DNA of 56,147 nucleotides, counting the filler, from Catajapyx aquilonaris (lineage: Eukaryota), in assembly GCA_000934665.2 (NCBI GenBank). It is 2 parts of 2 records of this genome, joined end to end, with 100 filler letters (N's around TTAATTAATTAA, not from the genome) between each part and the next. Parts side by side here need not be neighbours in the genome. Positions count along the whole stretch, not along the records: positions 1 to 27,988 come from JYFJ02004972.1; 1 more part is not named here. One strand, 5' to 3'. Shown here piece by piece: positions 1 to 12,582 of this stretch. The translations under genes were made by a program, and so were the position numbers. The notes under the pieces are model-generated. The model was not told the origin of the DNA and searched no databases. It saw nothing but the letters and a program-made list of their open reading frames with translations. Numbering within the stretch: the first letter of the stretch is position 1; each line of letters begins with the position of its first letter.

Positions 1-159
1 GGGGGAGGAGGGGGGGGGGAAGGCATGAGTGTTTGGTGGAAACGAAAAGGGGGGCTTCATGATGAAAAGGTTGGGAACCACTGTGCTAGATGATAATTTA
101 TGGGTGCATCTAGATATTTTCTTGAACCCATGGAATGTTAATTGCCATGTCTTTTGCAG

Positions 160-3100
160 GGTACACCTTTCATGGACCGCTTGTCCCGATGCCTGCATTA
201 TTACATTCATGATCGTATGAACAAGGAGCCAGCCTGGAGGGACATTAAGGTTATCTTATCTGATGCCAATGTCCCTGGAGAAGGGGAGCATAAAATTATG
301 GACTTCATAAGGAGACAAAGGGCACAGCCTGGGCATGACCCAAACACTAAGCACGTACTGTGTGGTGCTGATGCTGACCTCATTATGTTGGGGCTTGCAA
401 CACATGAGCCTCATTTCACCATCATCAGGGAAGAATTCAAGCCCAATGCGCCCAGGCCTTGCGACATATGTGGCCAAATGGGTTTGTTTCATAACTTTCT
501 AATTTGCACTCGGTTAATTTCGTGTTTGTAGCTTAATTTTGTTTAGAATAATTTTTTATAATACAGTCGAATCCCTCTATAACGAATCTGGATATAACGA
601 AAATCCGCTTATAAAGAAAGAAAATTTGTGACCGTCAGAGGCCCCATATAAACCCATGTTAAAAATATCCGCTTTTAACGAAAGGATTTTCGGTTTCGTT
701 TCGCATATAACGAAAAAATTTCGCTCCTCCAGTCCCACCTCTCGGCTGAAAAAGGGCGGAAGTTGGCAAATTGGGCCATAAATCACCATCTGTGTGATCG
801 AGATTCAACCTTTTTCACACATTCCGTCCAAAAGTTGATAATTTGGAGTCCTAATGGAAGGGAAAGGATTCTCTGGGGGGGGGGGGGGGGGNGGATGGCT
901 GTCGCGCAGTGACTCGGAGCTGCCCACTGGATTTATTGCTAGCGTGGCCCCCCCAGGGAAGGAGGCAGGTGGTTAAAACCTGGGAAAATTCATCGGAAAT
1001 TTGAGCAACAAAACGAATCACATCTGGAACGGAATTTCCAGACGCGAACTTATCATATGTGCCTAAAAGGTGGGATGAGGGCTCGAGCGGTAAATGAGAA
1101 GGGCTTTGGCCTGCATCTGGTGCAGTCCTCTGGTGTTTGTTCAGTCACAGTCAGAGTCCGACTCCTGCGCACTTCACTCAGAAGCAGTTTTCGGCATGGC
1201 ACCAAAGAGGAAGAGTCTCAGCGCGGAAGAAAAACCCTCCTTTCCTTATCATCTTTCCTCCTCATTTCCTCTTTCCCCCCTTGGGTCTACTACTTGCGGG
1301 AGATTATGGCGGGCACGGGCGGGCATATTATGTCGGCGTGGCGGGTTAGCTGATCGGTCAAATTGCTGTAGCTTATTGTTGTCGACTTTGCGCCGTGCTT
1401 TGTGAGATAATCTAATTTAGCGCAGAAGAATTCTTTAACTATTTTTCCCGCTACCAGGGCTTAATATAACGCCTAAATATCGAAAAAAGTGAGCTTTAAA
1501 TGCGTTTTTTACATAACGAAAGAAAATTTGGTTCTCTTCAATTTCGTTATAGAGGGATTCGACTGTACATGGGTTGTTTGTACACAAATTCTAAAAAGGA
1601 TAAACATATGCATTACATATTTGGGAGTGAGACTTATAGACTGTTACAAAAGATTTTTGTGTGGCATTATTATGATTATTTTCTTCGCACATTAATGTAG
1701 GTCATGAAGTGAAAGACTGCCAAGGAGCTGCCCGTGAAATGTCCGGAGAGAACGATGAACTCCCTCCTATACTGGGATCTGAGACCAACTTTATATTTGT
1801 CCGCCTCAACGTTCTCCGAGAGTACCTGGCACGAGAGTTGGAGATGCCCAATTTGCCCTTTACGTATGACTTCGAGCGAGCCATAGATGACTGGGTTTTT
1901 ATGTGCTTCTTTGTTGGCAATGACTTTCTCCCTCATCTCCCTTCCCTTGAAATCAGGGAAGGGGCCATTGACAGACTTGTCAAGCTCTACAAGAACACTG
2001 TGTATAAGACTGGGGTAAGTTCACCCTTGGTTAATTTTGTATTGTATTGGTTTTATTTTTGTGTGTGAGAAATGTTGGAATACAGTCCATCCTCATTCTT
2101 TTTGAGGCAAAGGATTATGGAGTCCAGTTTTATTGTGCAATTGCAGCAGTTACTGAGCCAGTTTTGATGCTTAAAATCTTACTTTTGACTAGCAGTAACT
2201 CTGTACTTTGCAATGGTCCACAGCTGCTTTAGGCTTTACTTTGCATTAGTCTTCTTTGACACTGACATATGGATAAAATATAAAATACTTAGTTGAGACT
2301 TTCAGTTGCTTTAGTAGTTTAGTGCATCTTAGCTTGTTTGCTCTGTCAGGGGTGGCAAATTTCTGCAGATGTCATTATGTCATAGGACAAACAGGTTCTT
2401 CATCAAGGCCAGTGTCCTGCCACCTCCTTGTGAGAGATGCATTGAGAATGTTGTTATTATTAAAATATTTGTCCTCTTCGTTTATGTGGATGATATTCAT
2501 CCTTTCATTAATTACATGGAGACATGTTGGGATGTGAATTGCACTCAATGGATTTCCACATGTACCTCCATTCATTAACAATCCTGCCATTTTTACCATA
2601 TTTGCCAAAGAACTGCTAACAACCAACTCTCTTTAAATTGAGGTACTTATCAAGAGTAATTCAGAGCTTGTAGAGTAGAAATGTTTTATTGATGTAATGC
2701 CAACTTGAGTGATTGAAATTTCTCTCCATAATGGAACTTCATTTTGTAATGGGAAGAGTTTATTAGCGGAGTTTTCATAGCTGAAAGTTAACTGTAATAT
2801 GTGTGATACAGCATCAACAAGTGTTAACAATTTTATGTTAACTTTGACCAGGGATTCCTAACAGAGAGTGGGCTGGTGAATCTTCAGCGCGTCCAGTTGA
2901 TAATGCAGGATCTTGGGGAGGTGGAGGATGAGATCTTCAAGAAACGCCAGCAAGATGACAAGGCATTTCGTGCACGTATGAAAGCCAAGAAGAGGAGGGA
3001 AGCCATATCCCACTTCCGCCCTAGCTGGGTTCCTCAGGGCCAGTTTGCACCTGTGGTAAGGATTTCACTGACATAATTTTTGTGATCTAAATAGAAATAA

Positions 3101-6100
3101 ATGATAGCATGATAAAATCATGCAGAAATTGTTTCTTTGTTCCATAAAACTCTGGCTTCACCATGTAAAAATTCCACGAATGCAGTAATAGCTTGTCAAT
3201 GTCAGCTGACGTCGAAATGAACTTGGATTATTGAACTTGGTCAGTTCTTTAGCTGTCATACCGAAACATGTGCTGTATGTTTCTCCTTTTTTGTCAGCCA
3301 TTAGGCAGCGATGCTCCAGCTATTACGAACCCCCGCCAAGAGGCATACCAGATGCGTGTACAAGCCATGCATCATGCAGGAGGAGGGAGAGGGTCGTCTA
3401 GGGACAACATGAACGCTGCTCAGGCACTCAAGGCGGACCTCAGGGGAGGAGGCAATGGGAGTACCTCTGACAATCGTGAGGACCAGCAAGGCAGGAATAA
3501 GAGGAAGGGTGAAGACTCAGATGAAGAACCTCCAGATGAAGTACGGCTATGGGAAGATGGGTTCAAGGACCGCTACTATGAGGCTAAATTTGATGTGTCC
3601 CCAGCTACCTTGGCGTTTCAGAATCAGCTGGCAGCAGAGTACACCATTGGGTTGTGCTGGGTCCTACGATATTATTACCAGGTTAGCGTTATGAAAAAAG
3701 GGTACATTCTGCTGGATGATACCAAGGGGACACCTCCAAAGGAAGTTAGGCAGGATAAAACGTGATGGATAGCTCACATCATTCTTGCATATGCACCTGA
3801 GTCCAAAATACATACCATGATGAACAAAAGGTCATGGTCAGATGTGACTGGAGAAATAATTTGTACAGTTTTATCCTGCCTCCCTATTGGAAGTTGACTT
3901 TGGCATTGTACTACCCTGTATATAATTCCTAACATACACATAATAATTGTGTTTTTGTTATTGCTATTTGCAGGGATGTGCATCCTGGAAGTGGTACTTT
4001 CCATACCATTATGCCCCATTTGCTTCTGACTTCGATATGGCTGATATGGATGTGGACTTTGATAAAGACACAAAGCCAGTGAGTGACACATTCAGAACAC
4101 TACGTTTTGTGACCAGAATGTACTGTGCATGGAATTTCACTGCCAAAATTGATTATCACTCCAAAGACCTTCAGCCATACCATAATATTTGCCAAATTCT
4201 GCACTTTTTACGTCTTGCTGGTAAAAGGCCACATAATCAAACTCCATTAAATTGAGTAATACGTATATTCCTTCTTTATCTCCATTGTTAATGTATCATT
4301 TGAACATTTCAGTTTGAACCGCTCCAGCAGTTGATGAGTGTGTTTCCGGCGGCAAGCAGGGCTCATGTACCACAACCTTGGAGTGAACTCATGACTGATC
4401 CGGTGAGTTTTTATTCGTCAAAACACATTTTTTGTGCCAATAGATGATTTGTGATCAGTCATCTATGATAGGATAATATTGAGAGGTTTAGTTGTAAGAT
4501 ACGGAGGCTAAATGACATGCTTTTGCTCCCTTTTATAGGACTCACCAATCCTGGATTTTTACCCTGAGGACTTTCAGATTGACTTAAATGGCAAGAAATA
4601 TGCATGGCAAGGGGTGGCCCTCCTTCCTTTTGTTGATGAAACAAGACTGAGAGCTGCTCTCGAGCCCCTGTATTGCAAACTCACTGATGAAGAAAGTAAG
4701 TCCACTGCCCCATGACTTGTTTCAACAGAGTTTCACATATTCTCATTTTCTTTCATAGGGAGAAGGAATGTTCGAGGGAATGACAGGCTCTACGTTCACC
4801 AGAGCCACCAAGGTTCCGGATTCCTTCTTGGCCTCTATGAAGGGGATATCACTGAGGAGGTGGAAGTGGATCCGAAGATTTTCGAAGGCATGGGTGGAAA
4901 TGTCTTCAAAGCAGAGGATCTCATAACTTTGGAAGGGTGTGTTAAATGTTAAAATTTGTTCATTTTGCATCTTACCCATAGAAAGAAATACCAGCAGATA
5001 CTTGTGATGGGACATGATGACTAGGGTTAATGTTTTGTCTGTTGTAAAGGGATGTTGGTATTTGAACCCAAAAGACTTCAGGTCTTGTACATTTCAATTG
5101 AATTGTAAGTCTTGCAAGTGTTCAGAGTGGTAGATTTTGTGCTTTCAGTACTTATTCAAAATGGGGAGCGAAATACTGTATGTCATATTTTTGCAGTCAC
5201 ATATAAGAAAATAGGGTGGGCGCACACTGCATACGAGTGTTCCCAGTATTGGGGCCCTTTTAGTTATCATCCAAAGTTGTTATTTTTGTGTAGCTTTTTG
5301 CCCCTTGATTGAGGTGCCCAATTATGTAACAGCTGTTATATTCGTCCGCCCCTGGGAATAATTGGGCACCTTGATTGGGGTGCGAAAAGCTCCACAAAAT
5401 AAATTTGGGTGGAATAAAGGACCCCACACTGAGTAAGTGTTACTTTTTGTAAATGGATTTATTTTGTGCTTTCAGGTCTCTGGAGTCCCCAGTAATGGGT
5501 CTACCCAAATTACACGACAATGCTGTTGTATGGTAAGTTATGTTTATGCATACACTTACAGTTAACATCAGGTGCTATGTCCGTGGTTAGTTTTTTAAAA
5601 GTGTCTTGCATTTCATATGATTTTGGTTTACAGGTCACAACGATATAAAAATGTTACATGCACTGTATTTTTTCAGTGCTCAGTTTCGTGACCCGCAATT
5701 CACAGAGGGATACATATTTCCTGCAAAGCGATTGGAAGGTGCTGAGTAAGTCTCATTTTGAAATTATTTTGAATTATTGATAGTTTTGAATATTTTGATT
5801 TGTTATATGCCACATTTTTTACAGGACACCACCTCAGATTTTGAAGCCGTCAGACCTAAGTGGGAGAGACTCACACAACTGGAGACCAATTATTGGAATG
5901 GTGCCTTCTAATCAGAGAGCCTCTTTAGACTCGTCAGGTCACAGAGCGTTAGGGTAAGCTTCCTTTAGTAACGTGACTAATGACATACTTTTAGTCTAGT
6001 TACTATTATTTAGTGAATTGGGTCATGTCAGCGTTACAGGAAATTACCTGTTACTACATGAGGTCTCTCGGTTACTTACGTGAAATGAAAATGGAATTCA

Positions 6101-7480
6101 ATTAAGTACTGGTACTGTACATATGGTATCCAGTTTGAATTAGCTCTTGCCTGCCCAACTGGAGGGAACCCTGAGAGAGATCAGCTGTTACATTGGTGCT
6201 TCCAGCCACCATGTTTTGCCTAAAATTATGATTCCACATGACTGTCATTGGGTGCAGATGTTATAGAATATACTATTTTCAGGAAATTATCCACTTGCTT
6301 TTCATGATTGGATTGCCAATTGTATTGTATATGCATTAACTAATTTTCAGGCATTATGCGAGGGGTCCTAGTGGGCAGGGAACCTACAGCAATGTGCCCC
6401 CTCCGCCATGGCAGGGAGGTAGGCGAGGCAGGGAAGAGAGGTACCATCCATACAGGCAAGAACGATCATCATACAGCCAGGACCAGGGACACCACCAGCA
6501 AACCCAGTCACACCCTGGCTACTACCAAGGCAGGGATCAAGGTAGTGGTTACGGCAACCATGGTGGGAGGCAGCAGAGAGACTATGGCCACTACCAACAA
6601 CAGGACCAATACCAACAGCATGACAGTGAGCATTCTCCCAATGACGGTCACTTATTATTACTCTTATCAGTGCCCAGGTCACACAACTTTTTTCCTGGAA
6701 GTCATTTTCATGGAATGAATGTTACATCCACTTCACCCTTTCTGACATTCTCATCCAAGAACTCACCTGATGTGGAGATACAGATTCCCAAAGGATAACT
6801 GCAGGCCGTAATGGCATGTTCATATCATTGGCGTAAATTGTTTGCAGGAGAAGACATCGAAGGAGATGACACCTACATGATTCCTAATCATTCTGATCCA
6901 CTTCCCAGTCACCACTCCCATTCCATCCAGGTATTTCTATCTTCCCTAATGGTTCCCCTGAAGTGCAGCAGGTCTAGTTGGTATCATTAACATTAATGCC
7001 ATCAGAATGAAAGTTCTGATTTTGCAACAAATTTTACAAATTTCTGTTCTGGGCACTTGCAAAATCCAAACTCATGAATTTGACTACTTCATAGGAAATT
7101 CACGAGCAAGAATTGGCAAAAACAAAATCTATATTTTTCTACATCGCATCTGTGAGCAGGTGTTTTTGTAACCAAGTTTATCTGGGACATATCACACTTT
7201 AGTGAATTTAGGAAGTGGTGAATGTAAGACGATGAAGATGCTGCTTTTCAATGGCACTTGTATGTTTTTGTGGTTAGGAAGGGACTCGAGAGGCAACCAA
7301 GGATGGCAGCCCCGTGGTGGACAGCAAGGATGGCAGCCGAGGGGCGGGGGGCAGTCAAGAGGTTGGTACCCTAGAGGAGGAGGAGGAGGCAGTGGTGGCG
7401 CAGATGGCGGGCACAACGAGTGGCAGCCCAGAGACGGAGGAGGAAGACATGGCAGGGGGCAGTCAAGGTGGCAGCAGTGA
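160..7480 (+). CDS. XRN2: 5'-3' exoribonuclease 2 (Rat1/XRN2), 5' end outside window
   Basis: GT-AG exons traced in phase: 160-481, 1701-2014, 2852-3055, 3298-3681, 3974-4078, 4313-4402, 4539-4695, 4759-4936, 5476-5532, 5677-5745, 5825-5953, 6351-6625, 7278-7480. Motifs: [43 protein letters not shown] zinc knuckle (XRN2-type), [58 protein letters not shown]. Confidence 0.97.
564..1565 (+). mobile_element. Tigger/pogo-type non-autonomous DNA transposon in an XRN2 intron
   Basis: Perfect 23-bp TIR CAGTCGAATCCCTCTATAACGAA, TA on both sides (562-563, 1566-1567), subterminal TAACGAA repeats, remnant transposase start [13 protein letters not shown] at 1196. Confidence 0.9.
5244..5431. mobile_element. 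Degenerate foldback MITE in XRN2 intron
   Basis: Imperfect arms CAGTATTGGGGCCCTTT / AAAGGACCCCACACTG and inner AGGTGCCCAATTAT / ATAATTGGGCACCT; TSD not resolved. Confidence 0.6.
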
Positions 7481-8214
7481 TGTCTCGTAAAACATTGCAG
7501 ACTATCAAACGTTCAACATTCTGTTGTATTTAGATATACAAAACAAATTGGATATAGCATTTTTCCTTAACTTTTTTTTTTTTTTCCAAATTTTTAAGGT
7601 ATTATTTTATCCATCGTGCAATAAATGCATATTGCACACGCAAGAAAGATATGTGTTTCTGTTCTTTTCTAAGGGCGAAATTGATGCAGATAAGGTCACG
7701 AGGTACAGGGAGAGGATCATAGGAAATACGGGCTTCTGGGAAGCAGAGAGAAAAGTACTTGGAGAACCTGAAGAAATCACATGCAAGTGTGCTGTGTAGT
7801 GATCTCAAAACTTTATTCTGCCTGACACAGGCATCATATCTGAATGTCAGCCATCATGGAAAATGAGACAAAATTTACAGTGAACTTGTGTATTGATATG
7901 GTATATTATTTACATTGGTTCTCATACCTTCTTGACATGGACACACTCAGATAATACTAGTCTTGATATCTGTAGGTAGAGAAACATGCCAGTAAAATCA
8001 TGGGTGACCAGATTTCAGAAAAAGCACACATCGAGTCTTTGCAGTGTAATGTAGACCACACTGAGAACCACTGGTCTATTCCAAGTCTTCTTGCGTATAA
8101 AATAACCACTTCAAAGTTTAGACCTTGTGTGACAAATATTAGGCGAGCTTGGAAGATGACGTCTCTTACAAGTCAGATCTTTTGTAAACACTTGGTAAAA
8201 TCAGTCTAAAGCAT

Positions 8215-10688
8215 TCAACCAATTGATGTGGATCCACTCCCTTGGGACGCTGTCTTGTTGAGCTGAAACTGCTCCTCTAACTTTGTCATCAGCGTTAGCA
8301 TGATTTCCTTCTTTGTCCGTATGCGAAGATCTGGATCTGTTATTGACTGCAGCTCTGCTACTATATACTGGCCAAAAGCATCATCTGCATTCTGGTCCTG
8401 AGAAGTACAAGTCTGAAGGATACAATAAACATCATTCAGTATGACTAGTAATGTAAATGCAACGCAGCCATCTCCGAGATGATGGGATCATATTCAAGAC
8501 TGCTTAGTTCTGGCTCTACTTTTGTACTGCAAAATATGCCTAGTACAAATGTTTGCTCCACAGAAGGTTGACACTTTGTTATTAATTTAGGTTTACAGTT
8601 GTCAGCATTTGACCCAGATATGCCTGGAAAAGTTTTTGTTGAATTCTTAAGTTTTTTTTTTTGGTTTCTATTAGTTCATATTAGTTCCCAAAACACAAAA
8701 AGTGAGACAAAACATTTTTCTGGCTGCTTGTTTGCGAGAAAATGGCAGTTCCCTATAATTATGGGATGCTGGGAAAATGTAACCTAGTATGGCTATAACA
8801 GTTGTTGATTACATTACTATGGCAACAGTGACATTCAGCAATATCCATAGTTTCATAATAGGCGTATTCGGCAATTCAGATTATTCTGAGATGGGTCACG
8901 TGATATCTGAGTTGTTAGCCCTGCCCCTCAGAAGATTATTGCCGAACGGCCGAACTGAGAGACCCCCCCTACCCGCCTGTGCTGCATCCCAGTGATATGC
9001 CAATGTTAGGGTATTTCGGTGCCGTATTTCGGACGCTTGCGGGTAATGGTGCGGGTAAAATGAAAATGCGGGTAAAATCGGGTATTTTCAGGTCCTCTCG
9101 CGGGGGTTTTGGTCATTTTGCATTGGCAACACTGCTGCATCCATAACAATAATTTGTTTGTTAATTGTTTCTCAGCAAGTAAGTCAGGTCAGGAGTACAC
9201 TAATAAGTTCCTGAGCTTGGGAAGTCAGGTAGGGCGCATGCGCACTACTTCAGGGGGCGTGGCACCTCATTTGCCGAACATCCAAACAGCCCAGGAAGTC
9301 AGATTCCTGAATTGCCGAATACGCCTAATATCACCAATGATTGATTGTTGTCGATTGCATTACCATTGGAAACAGGCCGCGCAAAGAATGGGTTGTAATT
9401 GAGTAACAATCAAGGATTGTTGCAACTGTTGCCATGTTAACCTATTGGCATGTAATATCGCTTTAATTGTATGGATTCTTTAAAATACAGTTCAAAAAAT
9501 CATACAAAATCCACACACATACTTTACTTGTCCAAATGTGGGTGCATTTGCCTCGTGTTCCCCCGAAGGGACGCCAGATTTCAGCACTACTCTCAGACAA
9601 GGAAAGTAAAAAATATTCCTATATTTCCACATCGACATCATCATTCATAAGTTTTCTAAGTATTACAAACAAAAAATAACTCATAATGCTAATCAACATT
9701 CGAGAATTAATTACTAATCGTCTTCGGAACGTGGAGGTTCAGCCATTATTTCCTGAGTTAAAATTCAAACACCTGTATCTTAAAAATCTGAAGCAATATT
9801 GAGCAGGTTTGAACTTGTATCGTTAGCTGGGACTTTCCTGAAGCCCCTGTCACTATTGCCAGCTCTTTCGCAGCAGAACCTGCGCAAAAAAATTAAAATG
9901 TAACAACTGTCCAGGTGTCCCCCTATAGGGGACACTCGGCATATCTGGGTTAATAACAGCAGCCTACCTTCGCTGTTGACCATGAATTTCAGCGATACAC
10001 ACCTGTTGGCAAGTTTCTTTTCTGGTCTGTAGTGTGCAGTTAGTCTGCTGAGAGCTAGGCACTTCTGCAGGTATTTTTATGATCCTTATCTGCTGTGTTC
10101 TTTTCATCCTCTTGTTCTTATTTGCTGGAAACTCATTCAGAGAGCCACTCTAGAAGAAAAAGACAAAGAGGCTTATTTCTGATAAGATACCACACCACTC
10201 TGGCACACCTGCTCTGAGTTGCTGTTGATCCTTTGAATTGGGCCAGTGTCAATCTCTCCCTCCTCCAGCGTTACCGGGTCCAGTAAGCAGGCCATCAGGT
10301 CGTAGTACCAAAGTGAGGGCGTGTAAGGCTCTCCGGTCATTGCTCCAGCCTTCACCTTCTTCTTCTCCCTCCAGTAACAGGTTCTTAAGTGTGAAAACTT
10401 CTGCTTCACCTCACATGGTGTGGTTCCAGGTCTGAGCACCTTCAAGGAAGCCGCAATGGCCTCATACGCCTTAGGTCTGGCAATCCTAGTGTCCTTGTAA
10501 TTCCGGTTCTCCGGGTCGTACAGCTCCGGGTGGGACTGATGCTCCTGCAGCAGCTTGCCCGTGGCAGCCCGGGACCATGCTTCGGGCTCGGTAGTGATCA
10601 TAGTGCACAACCTGGCAGCCTCATCATCAGGGAGTAGCACTTCTACCTCCTCTTCCCTGGCCTCCTCATCGTCAATGGTCGCTTCCAT
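8215..10688 (-). CDS. MADF-BESS domain transcription factor (middle exons and start uncertain)
   Basis: Exon 10688-10209 encodes a MADF domain (WSRAATGKLLQEHQSHPELYDP...KQKFSHLRTCYWREKKK...YTPSLWYYDLM). Exon 10149-10003 follows in phase. Last exon 8412-8215 encodes BESS-like DDAFGQYIVAELQSITDPDLRIRTKKEIMLTLM. Possible first exon 10953-10903 (MSDFSQHDFQRHATGGQ). Exons between ~8450 and ~9900 could not be phased unambiguously. Confidence 0.75.
8860..9326. mobile_element. PIF/Harbinger-like MITE in MADF gene intron
   Basis: Perfect TIR AGGCGTATTCGGCAATTCAG at both ends, flanked by AAT/AAT (or TAATA/TAATA if ends are GGCG/CGCC); AWT target duplications are known for animal PIF elements. Confidence 0.75.
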
Positions 10689-10953
10689 CTTGACAACAAG
10701 TTGGCCCAACATCATTGCGCCAACTGGGTGCTTCTTGGAACAAACCCCAGAGGGCACGACAACAAGTTGCATATGACCAGCAACATATTTGCGATCAAGA
10801 CAGCATATTAAATATTATAAGTTATTCCAATATTAATAATAGTTAGTGATTTATTTTAAATAGTTGTTTTGTTTGTTAAATTTAACGAAGTGCTTGCTGC
10901 ACCTGGCCGCCTGTCGCATGCCGTTGAAAATCGTGCTGGCTGAAATCCGACAT

Positions 10954-11103
10954 TATTTTGAGTTCATGTTCGAACAAGGGTCGACTATAGATAGTGGCGC
11001 TTGAAGAGATCGAATTCCGTGGCTGCTGCTCTCTCTTGCCCTGCCGCCATTTGGTTCCAGTCTTGTTCCCTGAGCTGTTAGAGGATTTGCCCAGCTGGCA
11101 GAG
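10954..11103. promoter_or_regulatory. Bidirectional promoter region and non-coding first exon (MADF gene / Rab34-36)
   Basis: CpG-rich stretch between divergent genes; strong donor GAG|GTAAGC at 11103 pairs with acceptor at 12561 upstream of the Rab ATG; YY1-like GCCGCCATTT near 11043. Confidence 0.6.
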
Positions 11104-11173
11104 GTAAGCGTTGCTTGCAGTGAAGGTGACTCATATAACGAGCATGGCGTGTTCGAATTTAATGTGATTTCAT

Positions 11174-11260
11174 CAAGGGGTTAACCACGCGACTGTAAGG
11201 TGTACACTGGAGTACCTGGGAGTACTACTGGCAGGTAGTACCGAAGTGGTTAACTCCTTG
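11174..11260. mobile_element. 87-bp MITE with 8-bp TSD (P- or hAT-superfamily type)
   Basis: TIR CAAGGGGTTAACCAC / GTGGTTAACTCCTTG (14/15), exact flanking duplication GATTTCAT (11166-11173, 11261-11268). Confidence 0.8.
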
Positions 11261-12582
11261 GATTTCATGTGTGTTGACTGGCGTGCCTGTTAATATTTGG
11301 CATTGGAACAACCACTACAGACTTGGTTCTTACGAATCAATGTGTAAGAAACGGGCGAAATGTTGCAACTGCGGGGCTGTTCTTGTGTGCGTCTGAAGCA
11401 TAGCTTATTTCTTCTGATGGTAAATTTACAAAATAATAATGGTAGTAAAACCCAACTTTTAGGAAGTGAAAGATGACTACCTGGAGAACATATTGTGCTT
11501 CTTAATTTTTTGACCTAGGGTCCAGGTAAATAATTAGAATATGCGCATCACTACTGTACCGTAAATGCATACTTATATAGTGAATTAGATGTTTTCAACA
11601 GCGATGATGCAAAAAGTATTGAAACTTCCACCTGTAAGGCATGACTGTTAAATAATTGCAACAATTTTTTGAAGTTCAAACAATTTAAACTATCCCTCAA
11701 GCTATCCATACGGATGTTATTTCAATATTATTTAAACAAAAACCGTGCCTATCTGTATCAGTAACTGACCACTAACCACTGAAACCTGTAGTGAAGCTTA
11801 CGGAAGAATCCTCATTTATAGAAATGGAACTGATATTAACTTATCATGCGGACAGAAAACCAACCCAATCTTTCGAGAAATGCTGCATCAATATTTGCAA
11901 CGGTATCACAGTATTCATGTCAGGAAGGATTCTGGATAACCTTTGACATTGGCTTGTGCCAGCATATCTAACTTGCCTTGTATGAGGCATCAAACTAAGT
12001 GTAAATGTGAGTCATGGATTATTCATGTGAAATATCATGAAATAGATCTTCCGGCAGTCATTTCTTTGTTTAGACCAGCAAGAGTGATGGTGTATGTATT
12101 CACATGCTGCCATAAATATTTGTCTTGCCCTGTTACCACAAGTAAGGAACACCGAGTATTTATTTTATCAGCTACCTAATTCACACAGAGTGGTGGTATG
12201 TGCCAGTGGAATTCAGGGCATTGTGTTATTCTTGGCATGCAGTCAAGCCCTGGTTCATATTTGCTCTTGATGGGACTAGACTAGAAGAACACTATAAATA
12301 ACACACTTTGATTGTGCTTGATGGAGGAATGTTGAATGACTGCTTTTTTTTCTTGTTCTTCTTCTGACCCTTTGACATGAAAGAATGGTGACCATCTTAG
12401 TGGTTCAAATGCATTAGCTCGGAAATATTGTCATCTTGCAGCTGTCAGTTAATTTTTTCAAAAGATACGTTATAATTATTACTGTATGTATAAAAAGTAA
12501 AGGGAATTGGTACTTTTAAACTGCAACCACACTTTCTTCTCATTGCCTTTTTCCCCCTCAGCCTTGAAATCTGTGGGACCCA

